64,000 nt of DNA, taken from contig JBAZVG010000001.1 of the NCBI GenBank assembly GCA_041661005.1, positions 671,515 to 735,514 of the forward strand, in the 5' to 3' direction. Position numbers and translations under genes: made by a program. Shown one piece after another: positions 36,543-47,098 of this stretch. The DNA comes from Minisyncoccota bacterium. Its GTDB lineage: Bacteria > Patescibacteriota > Minisyncoccia > Phycocordibacterales > UBA9973. The notes under the pieces are model-generated. The model saw only the letters and a program-made list of their open reading frames with translations. It was not told the origin of the DNA and did no database searches. Numbering within the stretch: the first letter of the stretch is position 1; every line of letters starts with the position of its first letter.

Positions 36543-38303
36543 ATGCAAATCAATGAAGAGCAGTTTAAGAAAGTTATTTTAGAGGGAGGACTTGTTTCTA
36601 AAACAGATTTTAATTCTGCATTAAAGATAGCCGAAGCTAAAAAACAAAAGATTGGGAATGTTCTCCTTTCAGAAGGAAAAATAACTGAAACTGATCTAAA
36701 ACGAACAGAGGCTTTTGTCTTGGGAATACCTTTTGTCAGCTTAGTTGATCAAAAGATAGATTTCTCCGTTCTCTCGTTGATTCCTGAACCGATCGCGCGT
36801 AACGACAATATTGTTGCGTATAAAAAAAGTGAGAATGGGCTGGAAGTCGCGATGCTTGACGTGGACGATCTGCCGGTAATTGATTTTATTAAAAAGCGTT
36901 CTGGGCTCAAGATTATGCCTCGCTTGACCGACACAATTTCCATCAAAGCTGTGCTTGTGCAGTATAGGAAAAGTTTAAAAGCGGAATTTCAGAATATCAT
37001 ACAAAAAGAATCTACGACGCTCGGGGATGTGCAAGATGGGGAAGGCGAGAAATCCAGCGAAAAATCTGAATCAGAACTGAAAGAACTTGCTGAGGATTTA
37101 CCAGTTGTGAAAATTGTTGATTCTTTGATTTTTCACGCAATTCTGCAAAATGCGTCCGATATCCATATTGAACCGGGTGAACGCGAACTTACGGTGCGTT
37201 ATAGGATAGATGGCATATTGCATGATGCCATGGTCTTGGACAAGGCTGCCGGCGCTGGCATCACTGCCCGCGTCAAAGTGTTGGCAAATTTAAAGCTGGA
37301 TGAAAAAAGACTGCCTCAAGACGGAAGGTTTAAAAAAGAACAAGATGGAGAAAAAATTTCTTTTCGAGTTTCCACCTTGCCTACTTTTTTTGGAGAAAAA
37401 ACTGTTATGAGAATTTTGAAAGAAAATGCGCACGGATTTTCTTTGGAGACACTCGGTTTTCATGGAGAGGGGTTGGAGAGGATACACAATTCATTGTCTC
37501 AAAAAACAGGCATGGTTCTCGCTACTGGACCCACAGGTTCAGGAAAAACAACAACACTTTATACAATGCTTGATATTTTAAATAAGCCCGAAGTAAATAT
37601 TTCTACAGTCGAAGATCCTATAGAATATCAAATGCCAAGAGTCAACCAAACGCAGGTAAAGCCTGAAATAGGTTTGACTTTTGCCAATGGACTTCGTTCA
37701 CTCCTCCGCCAAGATCCGGATATAATAATGGTGGGCGAGATCAGAGATGGAGAAACGGCAGGGCTTGCAGTCAATGCTTCGCTTACTGGTCACTTGGTCC
37801 TCTCGACCATTCATACCAATAGCGCATCAGGCGCGATACCCAGGTTGATAGACATGGGTGTCGAACCCTTTTTGATTACGGCGACAGTTAAAACAATCAT
37901 CGCGCAAAGATTGGTGCGCAGACTTACACCGAACAAAGAAAAATATTTTTTATCATCTGTCGAAATAAAAAATTTGGCTAAAGTTGTTGACCTAGACCGA
38001 GTGCTGGGTTTTCTAAAAACCGAAAATATTATAGGCGCAAAAGATACTTGGGATAAAATTCCTTTTTATAAAGCGGTCAAGAGTAGTGAATTTGAAGATG
38101 GTTATGCAAATCGCATGGGTATGCATGAAGTGTTAAAAGTTACGCCCACCATAAAAGAGATGATCCTTGCCGGGAAATCTCAAGATGACATAGAAATACA
38201 GGCGAAGAAAGAAGGAATGATGACAATGATTGAAGATGGAGTGTTTCAAGCAGTCTTGGGTGTGACTACCTTGGAGGAAGTGTTTCGTGTTGTTTCGGAA
38301 TAG
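36543..38303 (+). CDS. pilB: Type IV pilus assembly ATPase PilB / GspE family
   Basis: T2SSE N-domain, Walker A 'GPTGSGKTT' and Asp/His boxes. The ATG at 36543 was chosen because the GTG at 36525 lies inside the upstream terminator. Confidence 0.9.
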   Translation: MQINEEQFKKVILEGGLVSKTDFNSALKIAEAKKQKIGNVLLSEGKITETDLKRTEAFVLGIPFVSLVDQKIDFSVLSLIPEPIARNDNIVAYKKSENGLEVAMLDVDDLPVIDFIKKRSGLKIMPRLTDTISIKAVLVQYRKSLKAEFQNIIQKESTTLGDVQDGEGEKSSEKSESELKELAEDLPVVKIVDSLIFHAILQNASDIHIEPGERELTVRYRIDGILHDAMVLDKAAGAGITARVKVLANLKLDEKRLPQDGRFKKEQDGEKISFRVSTLPTFFGEKTVMRILKENAHGFSLETLGFHGEGLERIHNSLSQKTGMVLATGPTGSGKTTTLYTMLDILNKPEVNISTVEDPIEYQMPRVNQTQVKPEIGLTFANGLRSLLRQDPDIIMVGEIRDGETAGLAVNASLTGHLVLSTIHTNSASGAIPRLIDMGVEPFLITATVKTIIAQRLVRRLTPNKEKYFLSSVEIKNLAKVVDLDRVLGFLKTENIIGAKDTWDKIPFYKAVKSSEFEDGYANRMGMHEVLKVTPTIKEMILAGKSQDDIEIQAKKEGMMTMIEDGVFQAVLGVTTLEEVFRVVSE

Positions 38304-38314
38304 AAGATATATTT

Positions 38315-39532
38315 ATGCTTTTCTCATACAAGGCAAAATCAAAAGAAGGCGAGGTGACAGAGGGCGTGTTGGAAGCCTCAGACCGTCTAGCGCTCGCTCA
38401 TGACTTGCGTGGTCGGGGGTTTATTCCCATATCAATAACGAAGAAAGGTGGAAGTTTTACTGACAAGCTGCCTTTTATTACTGGCATATTTTCTAAGGTT
38501 TCAAATTCTGAGCAAATTGTTTTAGCAAAAAATTTAAGCGGAATGCTGAAGGCAGGATTGTCGCTTTTCAGGGCGTTGTCGGTTTTAAAGAAGCAGACAA
38601 AAAATCCCAAACTTAGCAAGATTTTAATATCCATTTCTGACGACATAAACTCCGGCGGGACGTTATCTTCTGGGCTTTCAAAATTTCCAAATATTTTTTC
38701 AAAACTCTTTATATCGATGACACGCGCCGGAGAAGAGTCTGGCAACTTAGTCAGCGCTCTCTCTGATGTCGGATTGAATCTAGAGAAATCCAACTCTCTG
38801 ACCAAAAGGATACACGGAGCGCTGATTTATCCGGGAATAATTTTATGTGCGATGGTTGTGATCGGTGTCTTAATGTTTGCCTTTGTAGTGCCGACGCTTG
38901 CTGGCACATTCAAAGAGCTTGGCGTTGCTTTACCTCTCTCAACTCGTAGCCTTATTTTTTTTGGTAATTTTTTCTCGAATCATTTGATCCTGACTTTTGC
39001 GATTATAATCGGCGTAGCTCTCGGTTTGAGTTTTCTTTTTCGCGCAAAATTTGTGGCAAAATATATTGATTATATTGTTGTGAGGATTCCAATCATTGGA
39101 AATTTAGCAAAAGAATTAAACACCGCTCGCACTGCTCGCACTATGTCTTCACTCTTGTTGGCAGGAGTTTCCATAACCCGCGCGGTGGAAATTACTGAAG
39201 ACGTCGTGCAGAATTTTTATTACAAAAAAGTTTTAGAAGAAACAAAAATCGCGATAGAAAAAGGAATTCCGTTTTCTAAAATTTTTGAAGCAAATAGTAA
39301 TCTTTATCCCATAATGATGTCGGAAATGATCCAAGTTGGAGAAGAAACTGGGAAACTGTCGGATATGTTGCTTGAAATTGCTTTGTTTTATGAAAAGGAA
39401 ATTGAAAATAAAACTAAAAATCTATCTACAATCATAGAGCCGTTTTTGATGATCGTTATTGGAGCGGGAGTCGGATTTTTTGCCATTTCCATGATATCGC
39501 CACTTTATTCGATTTTGGGCAGTATAAATTAA
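38315..39532 (+). CDS. pilC: Type IV pilus inner-membrane platform protein PilC / GspF family
   Basis: Two T2SSF repeats, about 400 aa and 3-4 TM segments. Confidence 0.9.
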   Translation: MLFSYKAKSKEGEVTEGVLEASDRLALAHDLRGRGFIPISITKKGGSFTDKLPFITGIFSKVSNSEQIVLAKNLSGMLKAGLSLFRALSVLKKQTKNPKLSKILISISDDINSGGTLSSGLSKFPNIFSKLFISMTRAGEESGNLVSALSDVGLNLEKSNSLTKRIHGALIYPGIILCAMVVIGVLMFAFVVPTLAGTFKELGVALPLSTRSLIFFGNFFSNHLILTFAIIIGVALGLSFLFRAKFVAKYIDYIVVRIPIIGNLAKELNTARTARTMSSLLLAGVSITRAVEITEDVVQNFYYKKVLEETKIAIEKGIPFSKIFEANSNLYPIMMSEMIQVGEETGKLSDMLLEIALFYEKEIENKTKNLSTIIEPFLMIVIGAGVGFFAISMISPLYSILGSIN

Positions 39533-39560
39533 TCAGCCAGATAGAGCCTAAAGCCCTATC

Positions 39561-41012
39561 TCATTTTACTTCTTGCCAAGAAAGGATGACGTATTGCTCA
39601 GAAGTTAGCGGAAAGTTTGGTGGGGGGGCATAAAGCAAGTTTGCATCGTAAGTTATATCTCGTATGGTGTAACCCGTGCCATTTGTATATGCGAATCCAT
39701 ATCGAGCATATGATGCTATCATGCCGTAGAGAGAAATGACATCGCGGTTTCTGTAAACACAACTTCCTCCACCAAAGTAAGGTCTTCCCACCCTGTCGTT
39801 TTGAGCAATCAAGGCAGCATCTATTTCTAAATCAGTGTCACTAATCATTCCGACTGTGACGGCGCCTTGTCCAATGAGTCCGATGGTATCTGTGCCGTCA
39901 AAATAGGTGTATCTAATGTCATTATTTATAATTATATTTTTATTAACAATCGGATTTATCAAATCAGCTGCCACAATAGTCAAACGAGCTCCATCTATTT
40001 GTCCATCCACAACGATGTTGTCTTCCAGAAAAATTGTTCCATTAACGGGAAAATTATAATTACCCTGCAGGGTTTGCGCGCCAATAGTCCAACTTAAAGT
40101 GTTCGGAGCTTGCGTAGAGCAATTTCCCAAGCCTGCCCAGTTATTTATTTTATATAGATCAAAAGTATCATTGGTTTTTAAAACTATATGATAGCCCACA
40201 AACCCAGCTCCAGCCACATCTCGGTAAAACCCATTTGCTATTGCGCTTGCTTTTAGGACAGCAAGATCAGCTGTGAAGCCGGAGAAGTTTATGGTTGGTT
40301 GGCTTATTAGGCGTCCGACTTCAAAAACGTCTAGCCGAGAAGGCAACACAGTAGGTGGCGATGGATCATCGGCCCCAAGACAAGTATGAACACCCCAAGA
40401 GTCGTCGGTGCAAGCATCACTGTCTGTGTCTGTATAAGTTGTCGTTCCACTGGTTACGATATTATGCGCCAGACCGTCAAAACGAATTCCACCATTGATA
40501 TGTACTGGTCCGAAAATTTCTGTGCCTGCGCCAAAACGCATGGCATTATTTCCCGCCACTGAGTATTTTGCGATTGAAGGTTTAGCCACGAAGGTTTCTA
40601 TTTTCCGCAAAAACGATGAATCAGATGATGAGGAGCCGGTGGATTTTATTTTTACTTTAGTTGAGCCTGAGAATGGGGGAGTTATGTCAAGAGAAAATTG
40701 TCCGATGGTGTCGCCATTTTTATCTTGAAGCGGATGAACATACGGTCCCGCGATTCCTGTGCCGTCTTGATAATCAGTGGGTGCGTGTGCCAAGTGCCAG
40801 CGATAATAATCTATCCCAGCTTCAGCTGATTGAAAGGCCTGTTCTCGATTGAAAGCTACTCGGCCGGCTTTGATAGATGCAGCTGCCCAAGCTGAAAGAG
40901 CGCTAATAATCATTACGACCACCACAGCAAATACCATTGTTTGCACGATAATCATGCCACCTTGTCTATTTAATTTGCCTATTTTATTCTGTCCCATTTT
41001 TTTCTTTATCAT
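39561..41012 (-). CDS. Large pilus-associated protein with non-canonical prepilin-like N-terminus (PilX-like)
   Basis: 'NRQGGMIIVQTMVFAVVVVMII' is a hydrophobic segment after Gly with Gln at +5. Confidence 0.5.
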   Translation of the reverse strand: MIKKKMGQNKIGKLNRQGGMIIVQTMVFAVVVVMIISALSAWAAASIKAGRVAFNREQAFQSAEAGIDYYRWHLAHAPTDYQDGTGIAGPYVHPLQDKNGDTIGQFSLDITPPFSGSTKVKIKSTGSSSSDSSFLRKIETFVAKPSIAKYSVAGNNAMRFGAGTEIFGPVHINGGIRFDGLAHNIVTSGTTTYTDTDSDACTDDSWGVHTCLGADDPSPPTVLPSRLDVFEVGRLISQPTINFSGFTADLAVLKASAIANGFYRDVAGAGFVGYHIVLKTNDTFDLYKINNWAGLGNCSTQAPNTLSWTIGAQTLQGNYNFPVNGTIFLEDNIVVDGQIDGARLTIVAADLINPIVNKNIIINNDIRYTYFDGTDTIGLIGQGAVTVGMISDTDLEIDAALIAQNDRVGRPYFGGGSCVYRNRDVISLYGMIASYARYGFAYTNGTGYTIRDITYDANLLYAPPPNFPLTSEQYVILSWQEVK

Positions 41013-41626
41013 AAATTATCCTTCAAATTTCTTAAAGAAACTTGAGTGCTTAATGTCATTGGAGTGGGTGGACGATTCGGATCTTGATCCATCGTAATAA
41101 TAATTTTTATTAGACGAATCGCAGGTATATCTACAGGAAAGGTTAGTGGTGCTGTGGTTCCATCGTAGTTTTTATCATAATAGTCAAAAATTGAAGCGCT
41201 GGTTATATTATTTGCAAGGGTTGAAATATTTTCATTAAGAGCGTTATAGGTTAAAGGGCTACCTGTGGGCTTGATCACCCCTTTTTGTAATGTTGTGCCT
41301 GTCAAAAAATACCTAACTTTTTCTTTTAATCCATCATTGTCTATATCAGAGTAGAAGGTGAAAGACGAGGCTGTGGCTGCGCTTATAATATATGCTCCAG
41401 TGTCGGCAGTGGAAGCCGTGCGTATTTCAGAGACCATTGTTTTTAATAATTGTCTTCCAACGTCGGAGTTATTAAATCCGGATGAAATAAAAGTGTTGTA
41501 GATCCAGACATTTCTTGAAAAAAGAGTGAGTACCCCGATTATTACAGCAAAAATTGCTACGCTAACAAGAATTTCAATTAAGGTAAACCCACGCATTGAT
41601 TTTTTATTTTTAGTGTTGTTTGTCAT
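41009..41626 (-). CDS. Type IV pilin-like protein (prepilin-type N-terminal cleavage/methylation domain)
   Basis: 'MRGFTLIEILVSVAIFAVIIG' is a canonical G|FTLIE motif. Confidence 0.8.
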   Translation of the reverse strand: MTNNTKNKKSMRGFTLIEILVSVAIFAVIIGVLTLFSRNVWIYNTFISSGFNNSDVGRQLLKTMVSEIRTASTADTGAYIISAATASSFTFYSDIDNDGLKEKVRYFLTGTTLQKGVIKPTGSPLTYNALNENISTLANNITSASIFDYYDKNYDGTTAPLTFPVDIPAIRLIKIIITMDQDPNRPPTPMTLSTQVSLRNLKDNL

Positions 41627-41627
41627 T

Positions 41628-42953
41628 TTATGGCATAAGAATTATATTTTGATTTTGCCAGGGAATAGATACATCAATAGAAGTCACAGAATCTTGATAT
41701 CCTGCTTTGGAAACCGTGAGTGTGTATGTATCACTAGGAAGACCATTCCAAAATACCTGACCTGGGGTCGGGCATAATGCGACGGAATTTGTAGTTTTAG
41801 TTTCATCAAATCCACCACTTTCTAAACGAACGCTCGCTCCATCTATCGCGACATCGGAAGAATCTTTAACAGAGACTAGGAGAGCTCTATTTACATGTGG
41901 CACGGCAACCAATTGCAATGTTCTGCTCTCGTTTGGATTTATTGCAAAAGATGGGAGAGGAGTTGTGCCGGCCAAGTCATAGGAGGCGGAGGTAAGTAAA
42001 GCAGAATAAGTATCCCATCCCACATTTGCGATTTGATGACTACCCACCGAATTGGTAGTAAAATTTTGTGTCGGGTATTTTAAAATTCCAGGGCCGATCT
42101 CCTTGGTGCCTGTAAGAGAAAAGCCAATATTGGGGAGTGTTGCGCAAGAGGAATTCACTGTCCCGACTGTTAACAAACTCAACCTATCTATTGAAAGACT
42201 AGTTTGGGTGACTTGTTGTTGGGCAACATTGGCGTCAGGATTAGCCGGAGTTGGTCCAGCTAATCCTCCCGGCGGATAGGTCTGATCTTCCGTGTAACCA
42301 GCTTTTGTGGCTGAGATATTATAAGCATTTGCTCCAGTTGGCGCGTCTATTATTTTTACCCATCCAGTGTTGTCAGTCGTTTCATCAATAATGGTATCTG
42401 GGTTTGTTTGTGTGTTTACTATGTGAACCGATGCGTTTGGAATAGAGATACCGTTTGCATCAAAAACTCGGATAAAAAGCGCGCCATTAACAGAAGCAGT
42501 TTCGAGCGCGTGCGGGGCGACGAGAGTGGTGAATTTAAGCGGAGAGAATATTTTGCAATTTGAACATACTATATTTAAATCTGCCAATTTATAATCTGCT
42601 GGCGATATGTCGTTCGGGGTTTCTCCAATCATACCGTCAAAAGGATCGTCCGCACTTCTGATTGTTGTCTCTAAGGTAAAAGAATATCCATCTCGCAGTA
42701 TTATTTCTGTTCTTTGGATTTTTCCTACCGGAAGTCCCGCAACTATACCTACATCGTCATAAGGCAGATTGCGTATAATTTCAAATCTTTCATTGGCTAG
42801 AGCGGTGGCTGCCAATTTTGCTCGCGAAGCTGTCACAGCTTCCATTAATACTCCAAAAGCCTTGTATGCAGACAAGGCTAGGACAAGAAAAATCGCGCTA
42901 CCGACTAGTGTTTCAATTAAGGTGAATCCTTTAGAATGAGTATGTAAATTCAT
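41628..42953 (-). CDS. Large (441 aa) pseudopilin-like protein
   Basis: 'SKGFTLIETLVGSAIFLVLAL' prepilin motif followed by a large beta-rich domain. Confidence 0.7.
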   Translation of the reverse strand: MNLHTHSKGFTLIETLVGSAIFLVLALSAYKAFGVLMEAVTASRAKLAATALANERFEIIRNLPYDDVGIVAGLPVGKIQRTEIILRDGYSFTLETTIRSADDPFDGMIGETPNDISPADYKLADLNIVCSNCKIFSPLKFTTLVAPHALETASVNGALFIRVFDANGISIPNASVHIVNTQTNPDTIIDETTDNTGWVKIIDAPTGANAYNISATKAGYTEDQTYPPGGLAGPTPANPDANVAQQQVTQTSLSIDRLSLLTVGTVNSSCATLPNIGFSLTGTKEIGPGILKYPTQNFTTNSVGSHQIANVGWDTYSALLTSASYDLAGTTPLPSFAINPNESRTLQLVAVPHVNRALLVSVKDSSDVAIDGASVRLESGGFDETKTTNSVALCPTPGQVFWNGLPSDTYTLTVSKAGYQDSVTSIDVSIPWQNQNIILMP

Positions 42954-42990
42954 TATATATATTTTAACGCATTATGGTATAATTTGCTAT

Positions 42991-43755
42991 ATGTTAAAGA
43001 AAGTAATCATAGGCAACTGGAAAATGAATCCGCTTTCTTTGAAAGAAGCGGAGAAATTGTTTACTGACGTAGCAGAGGGAATGTCTCAAATTAAAAAGAC
43101 AGAAATAGTTGTTTGTCCGCCGTTTTTGTATTTAGAGAAATTAAAAAAAATTTCCAAAAAGATAACTTTGGGCGCTCAAGATGCTTCTTTTGGAGACACA
43201 GGTCCATTTACTGGGGAGGTTTCAGGTGAAATGCTTTATGACATAGGTGTGAGATATACGATATTGGGACATTCAGAAAGGCGCGCTATGGGAGAAGATA
43301 ACAGCAATATAAATAAAAAGATAAAAGCGTCGCTTTCGGCAGGACTCCGTCCGATATTATGTGTGGGAGAAGAAGCTAGGGATGCTAGTCACAGTTATTT
43401 CAATTTGGTCAAAACACAACTGGAAGAATGTCTTGTTGGAATTTCCAAAAACTCAATTTCAAAAATGATTATCGCTTACGAACCAGTTTGGGCGATTTCT
43501 AGCACCGTCAACCGCCATGATGCCACCTCCAGTGATTGTCGAGAAATGTACATTTTCATTCGCAAGATTCTCTTTGATAGATTTGGTCCTGATGCGGAAA
43601 GCATGAGAGTTATTTATGGTGGTTCGGTGAATGAAAAAGATGCCGAAGATTTTCTAAAAAATGGTGGCGTAGATGGATTGTTGTCTGGTCGCGCCAGCTT
43701 GAACGCCAAAAAATTTACAGATATTATAAAAATATGCGAAGCATTGAAGAATTAA
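42991..43755 (+). CDS. tpiA: Triosephosphate isomerase
   Basis: 'IIGNWKMN...', 'YEPVWAIS' and 'GGSV' motifs. An extended -10 'tggtataat' sits upstream at about 42968. Confidence 0.9.
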   Translation: MLKKVIIGNWKMNPLSLKEAEKLFTDVAEGMSQIKKTEIVVCPPFLYLEKLKKISKKITLGAQDASFGDTGPFTGEVSGEMLYDIGVRYTILGHSERRAMGEDNSNINKKIKASLSAGLRPILCVGEEARDASHSYFNLVKTQLEECLVGISKNSISKMIIAYEPVWAISSTVNRHDATSSDCREMYIFIRKILFDRFGPDAESMRVIYGGSVNEKDAEDFLKNGGVDGLLSGRASLNAKKFTDIIKICEALKN

Positions 43756-44849
43756 AAGATATAAAAGGGAAAGTGGTATTTTTACGAGCTGATCTCAATC
43801 TGCCTGTTGTAAACGGAAAGGCTCAAGACGATTTTCGTATAAAAAAAGTTCTGCCCACTATTCTTTTTTTACAAAAGAAAGGAGCTAAAATTATTTTAGC
43901 TAGTCATCTGAGTAAGGGTGAGGGGGGTATGGCACCAGTAAGAGAGGCACTCCGTAAATTTATCAAAGTTAAATTCGTGCCAGAAATTTTAGGAGACAAA
44001 ATAAAGACTGCAATATCGGAAATGAAGGAAGGAGAAGTAATCCTATTGGAGAATTTAAGAAATGATCCAAGGGAAAAAGAAAACAACGAAATTTTTGCAA
44101 CAGAACTTTCCAAACTCGCAGAAATTTATGTCAATGAATCTTTCCCAGTCGATCATAGGGAAGATGCATCAATTGTTCTATTACCCAAACTCCTGCCGGC
44201 GTATGCAGGACTACAGCTCCAAGAAGAAATAAAAAATCTGTCCGGCGCATTTCAGAATCCGGAACGCCCTTTTCTGTTTATCCTAGGCGGCGCGAAGTTT
44301 TCTACTAAATTGCCTTTGATTGAAAAGTATTTGGAGCTCGCTGATAATGTATTTATCGGTGGAGCGCTTTCCAACGATGTTCTAAAGGCTCGAGGGTATG
44401 AAGTGGGGCAATCTTTGGTGGATGATTCGGGTTACGATTTAACTAAACTTCTAGAAAACAAAAAGTTGATAGTGCCGGAAGATATAGTAATTCAAGTGGG
44501 TGATAGATTGGTGAATAAAAAAGTAAGCGAAGTAAAAAGTGACGAAATCATTTTAGATATTGGCGATGAAACGATAAAAAAATTAGAGCCCTATATTAAA
44601 AACGCCAAATTAATTCTCTGGAATGGCCCACTCGGTAAGTATGAAGTTGGCGGAGAAAAAGGAACCAAAAAAATATTAAAGCTAGTATCGGATTCAGGAG
44701 CCAAAAGCATTATCGGTGGGGGAGACACGGTAGCGCTCATATCTGCCATGCAAATAGAAAAAGATTTTTCTTTCATTTCTACCGGTGGCGGAGCCACGCT
44801 CGAATTTCTCGTGAGTGGCACTTTGCCCGGCATCAAAGCGCTTGGATAA
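43734..44849 (+). CDS. pgk: Phosphoglycerate kinase
   Basis: 'KGKVVFLRADLNLP' N-terminus and 'GGGDT' near the C-terminus. Overlaps tpiA by 22 nt. Confidence 0.9.
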   Translation: MRSIEELKDIKGKVVFLRADLNLPVVNGKAQDDFRIKKVLPTILFLQKKGAKIILASHLSKGEGGMAPVREALRKFIKVKFVPEILGDKIKTAISEMKEGEVILLENLRNDPREKENNEIFATELSKLAEIYVNESFPVDHREDASIVLLPKLLPAYAGLQLQEEIKNLSGAFQNPERPFLFILGGAKFSTKLPLIEKYLELADNVFIGGALSNDVLKARGYEVGQSLVDDSGYDLTKLLENKKLIVPEDIVIQVGDRLVNKKVSEVKSDEIILDIGDETIKKLEPYIKNAKLILWNGPLGKYEVGGEKGTKKILKLVSDSGAKSIIGGGDTVALISAMQIEKDFSFISTGGGATLEFLVSGTLPGIKALG

Positions 44850-45186
44850 TTTTTTTTGCGTTCTCACTTAGATTTTTTTCATCACCCGAAACTTCTGGCC
44901 ATACCCAAATGTGCGCGTGAGATATTTCCTCACCATAAACTTGAGAACGTATAATATCTGCATTAAATGCTTTTTTTTGAGCCAATGCTATTTTTTTAGC
45001 GATTTCAAAATATTCTCCAATATTTGGCACATCCCAAACCCATCGGTAATGCCTTTTTGGTATTATCTGGGTATGGCCCGGACTCATCGGCTTTATATCT
45101 AAAAAAGCCAGGAAATTTTCATCCTCGTAGACTATGTTAGCAGGTATTTCTTTTTTTACTATTTTACAAAAAATGCAATTTTCCAT
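44833..45186 (-). CDS. HIT-family (histidine triad) hydrolase
   Basis: 'MENCIFCKIV...' with histidine triad 'HAHIWVWP'. The start was refined to the ATG at 45186; the longer ORF-caller N-terminus reads through repeat copy B. Confidence 0.8.
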   Translation of the reverse strand: MENCIFCKIVKKEIPANIVYEDENFLAFLDIKPMSPGHTQIIPKRHYRWVWDVPNIGEYFEIAKKIALAQKKAFNADIIRSQVYGEEISHAHIWVWPEVSGDEKNLSENAKKIIQAL

Positions 45187-45210
45187 GGAAAGTTTTTTAA
45201 ATATAATTTT

Positions 45211-45276
45211 TTCCGGTACGGATTTTTTGAAGCTTAAAAAATCCTGAAATTCTCGGCTCGCCAGCCTCGAAACCCC
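45211..45276 (+). repeat. Intergenic repeat family, copy B
   Basis: 'ccggtacggattttttgaagcttaaaaaatcctgaaattctcggctcgccagcctcgaaacccc'. Confidence 0.9.
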
Positions 45277-45389
45277 TTCAAAAATCATATTTCAAAAAAC
45301 TTTATCTATTATATGCTAAAACAATTTCTAATGGAAATTGTTCGCACGAACATTCGCAGGGCGAATGTTTTAGTGCTAAAATTCCATTT

Positions 45390-47090
45390 ATGCAAAAGTA
45401 TGGTGAATTACTGCGGACACTTTTAGAAAAAAGGGGAATTATTGATGAGGCGCAAGCCGATATTTTTTTAAATCCAGATTACAAGCGAGATCTACACGAT
45501 CCTTTTCTGATGCGGGATATGGAAAAAGCTTGTGTTCGTTTATTTGAAGCCATAGAAAACAAACAAAAAATAGTTATTTACGCAGATTATGATTGTGATG
45601 GTATTCCAGGTGCGGTGATTTTAAATGACCTTTTTATTCTTTTAGGATATAAAAATTACGAGGTTTATATACCACAAAGAAATTCTGAGGGATATGGTCT
45701 TAACCTAGAAGCAATAAAAAAAATTGCTAAATCTGGAACCAAACTTTTAATAACCATTGATCTTGGCATCACAGCGGTGGCGGAAGTAGCGCAACTCACG
45801 GTCGATGGCATTGATGTAATAATTACTGATCACCACCTGCCTCGCGTTGACGCGAGTCAAGGCGGGTTTACCTCTTTAATTTTACCTCGCGCTTATGCAA
45901 TTTTAAATCCAAAAGTGGATGACCCACGCCAAGGCGGGGCAAGTTATCCAGAGAAAATGTTGTGCGGAGCGGGGGTTGTCTTCAAATTTGCTCAAGGTTT
46001 TCTAAAAAAATATGGCGAGTATTTCAAAGTTCGAGAGGGCGCTGAAAAATGGATGCTTGACATGGCAGGTCTCGCCACACTTTCAGACATGGTTCCACTA
46101 ACGGGAGAAAATAGAGCTATTGCGTGTTTCGGAATGAAAGTATTGAGAAAAACTCCACGTCCGGGTTTACAGAAACTTCTTGCGAAAATGAATATAGACC
46201 AACGACATCTTTCAGAAGACGATGTGGGTTTTATGGTGACACCACGGTTGAATGCCGCATCTCGAATGGACAATCCGATGCGGGCGTTTGAACTTCTTGC
46301 CACAGAAGACGAGAAAGAGGGGGGCATGCTAGCTGATCATTTGTCAAAAATAAATGATGAACGAAAGACTATTGTCACAGGAATCATGCGTGATGTAAAT
46401 AAAAAGCTTGAAGCGTATGAACACAAAGAAGTGATAGTCATAGGCAATCCTAAATGGCGCATAGGTGTTTTGGGTCTTGTCGCGGGTAAAATTTCTGATC
46501 AGTATCAAAAACCAGTTTTTGTCTGGGGAAAAGATGAAAATGATTGCATCAAAGGTTCTTGTCGTAGCGATGGTTCAGTGTCAGTAGTAGAACTCATGAC
46601 TGCAACTCGTGAATCTTTCATAGATTTTGGTGGGCATGAGCTTGCTGGGGGATTTACGATTCACAATGAGAAGATTCATTTTCTTGAAGAGATATTGTCG
46701 GCGACCTTTAATAAAGTAAAAAAAATTAAAAAAGAAAATGAAGTAGCTTATGATACTACATCTAGTTTGGGTGTAGTTAATATGAAAAATTGGCGTGAAA
46801 TAGAAAAACTTGCGCCCTTTGGATTTGGCAACCCCAAACCAGTTTTTCTCTTTGAATGTGTCAAAATAGACAAAATAAAAAAATTTGGTAAAAATGGTTC
46901 CGGTGAGCATCTGGAAATTATTTTTTCCGACCGGACAGGTAAAGCCAAGGCAATTTCTTTTTTCTCTGGTGTCGATTCTTTTCAAAAGGCTTTAGTCGAA
47001 GGGCTCTCTGTAAACTTACTTGCTACTTTCGACTTGTCTAGATTTAGAGGTAAAGAAGAGTTAAGATTAAGAATTGAGGATATAATTTAA
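45390..47090 (+). CDS. recJ: Single-stranded-DNA-specific exonuclease RecJ
   Basis: DHH motifs ('VIYADYDCDGI', 'ITDHH'), DHHA1 and a C-terminal OB domain. Small GC-rich palindromic inserts lie near the 'ITDHH' motif. Confidence 0.9.
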   Translation: MQKYGELLRTLLEKRGIIDEAQADIFLNPDYKRDLHDPFLMRDMEKACVRLFEAIENKQKIVIYADYDCDGIPGAVILNDLFILLGYKNYEVYIPQRNSEGYGLNLEAIKKIAKSGTKLLITIDLGITAVAEVAQLTVDGIDVIITDHHLPRVDASQGGFTSLILPRAYAILNPKVDDPRQGGASYPEKMLCGAGVVFKFAQGFLKKYGEYFKVREGAEKWMLDMAGLATLSDMVPLTGENRAIACFGMKVLRKTPRPGLQKLLAKMNIDQRHLSEDDVGFMVTPRLNAASRMDNPMRAFELLATEDEKEGGMLADHLSKINDERKTIVTGIMRDVNKKLEAYEHKEVIVIGNPKWRIGVLGLVAGKISDQYQKPVFVWGKDENDCIKGSCRSDGSVSVVELMTATRESFIDFGGHELAGGFTIHNEKIHFLEEILSATFNKVKKIKKENEVAYDTTSSLGVVNMKNWREIEKLAPFGFGNPKPVFLFECVKIDKIKKFGKNGSGEHLEIIFSDRTGKAKAISFFSGVDSFQKALVEGLSVNLLATFDLSRFRGKEELRLRIEDII

Positions 47091-47098
47091 GAATATAT

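Noticed and set aside
44833-45288. Extended HIT protein N-terminus (MIFEGVSRLASREFQDFLSFKK...) and extended NUDIX N-terminus (57250-57417)
   Set aside because: These extensions are translations of intergenic repeat copies (copy B, and 32-nt repeat 2). The conserved protein cores start at the internal ATGs at 45186 and 57418.
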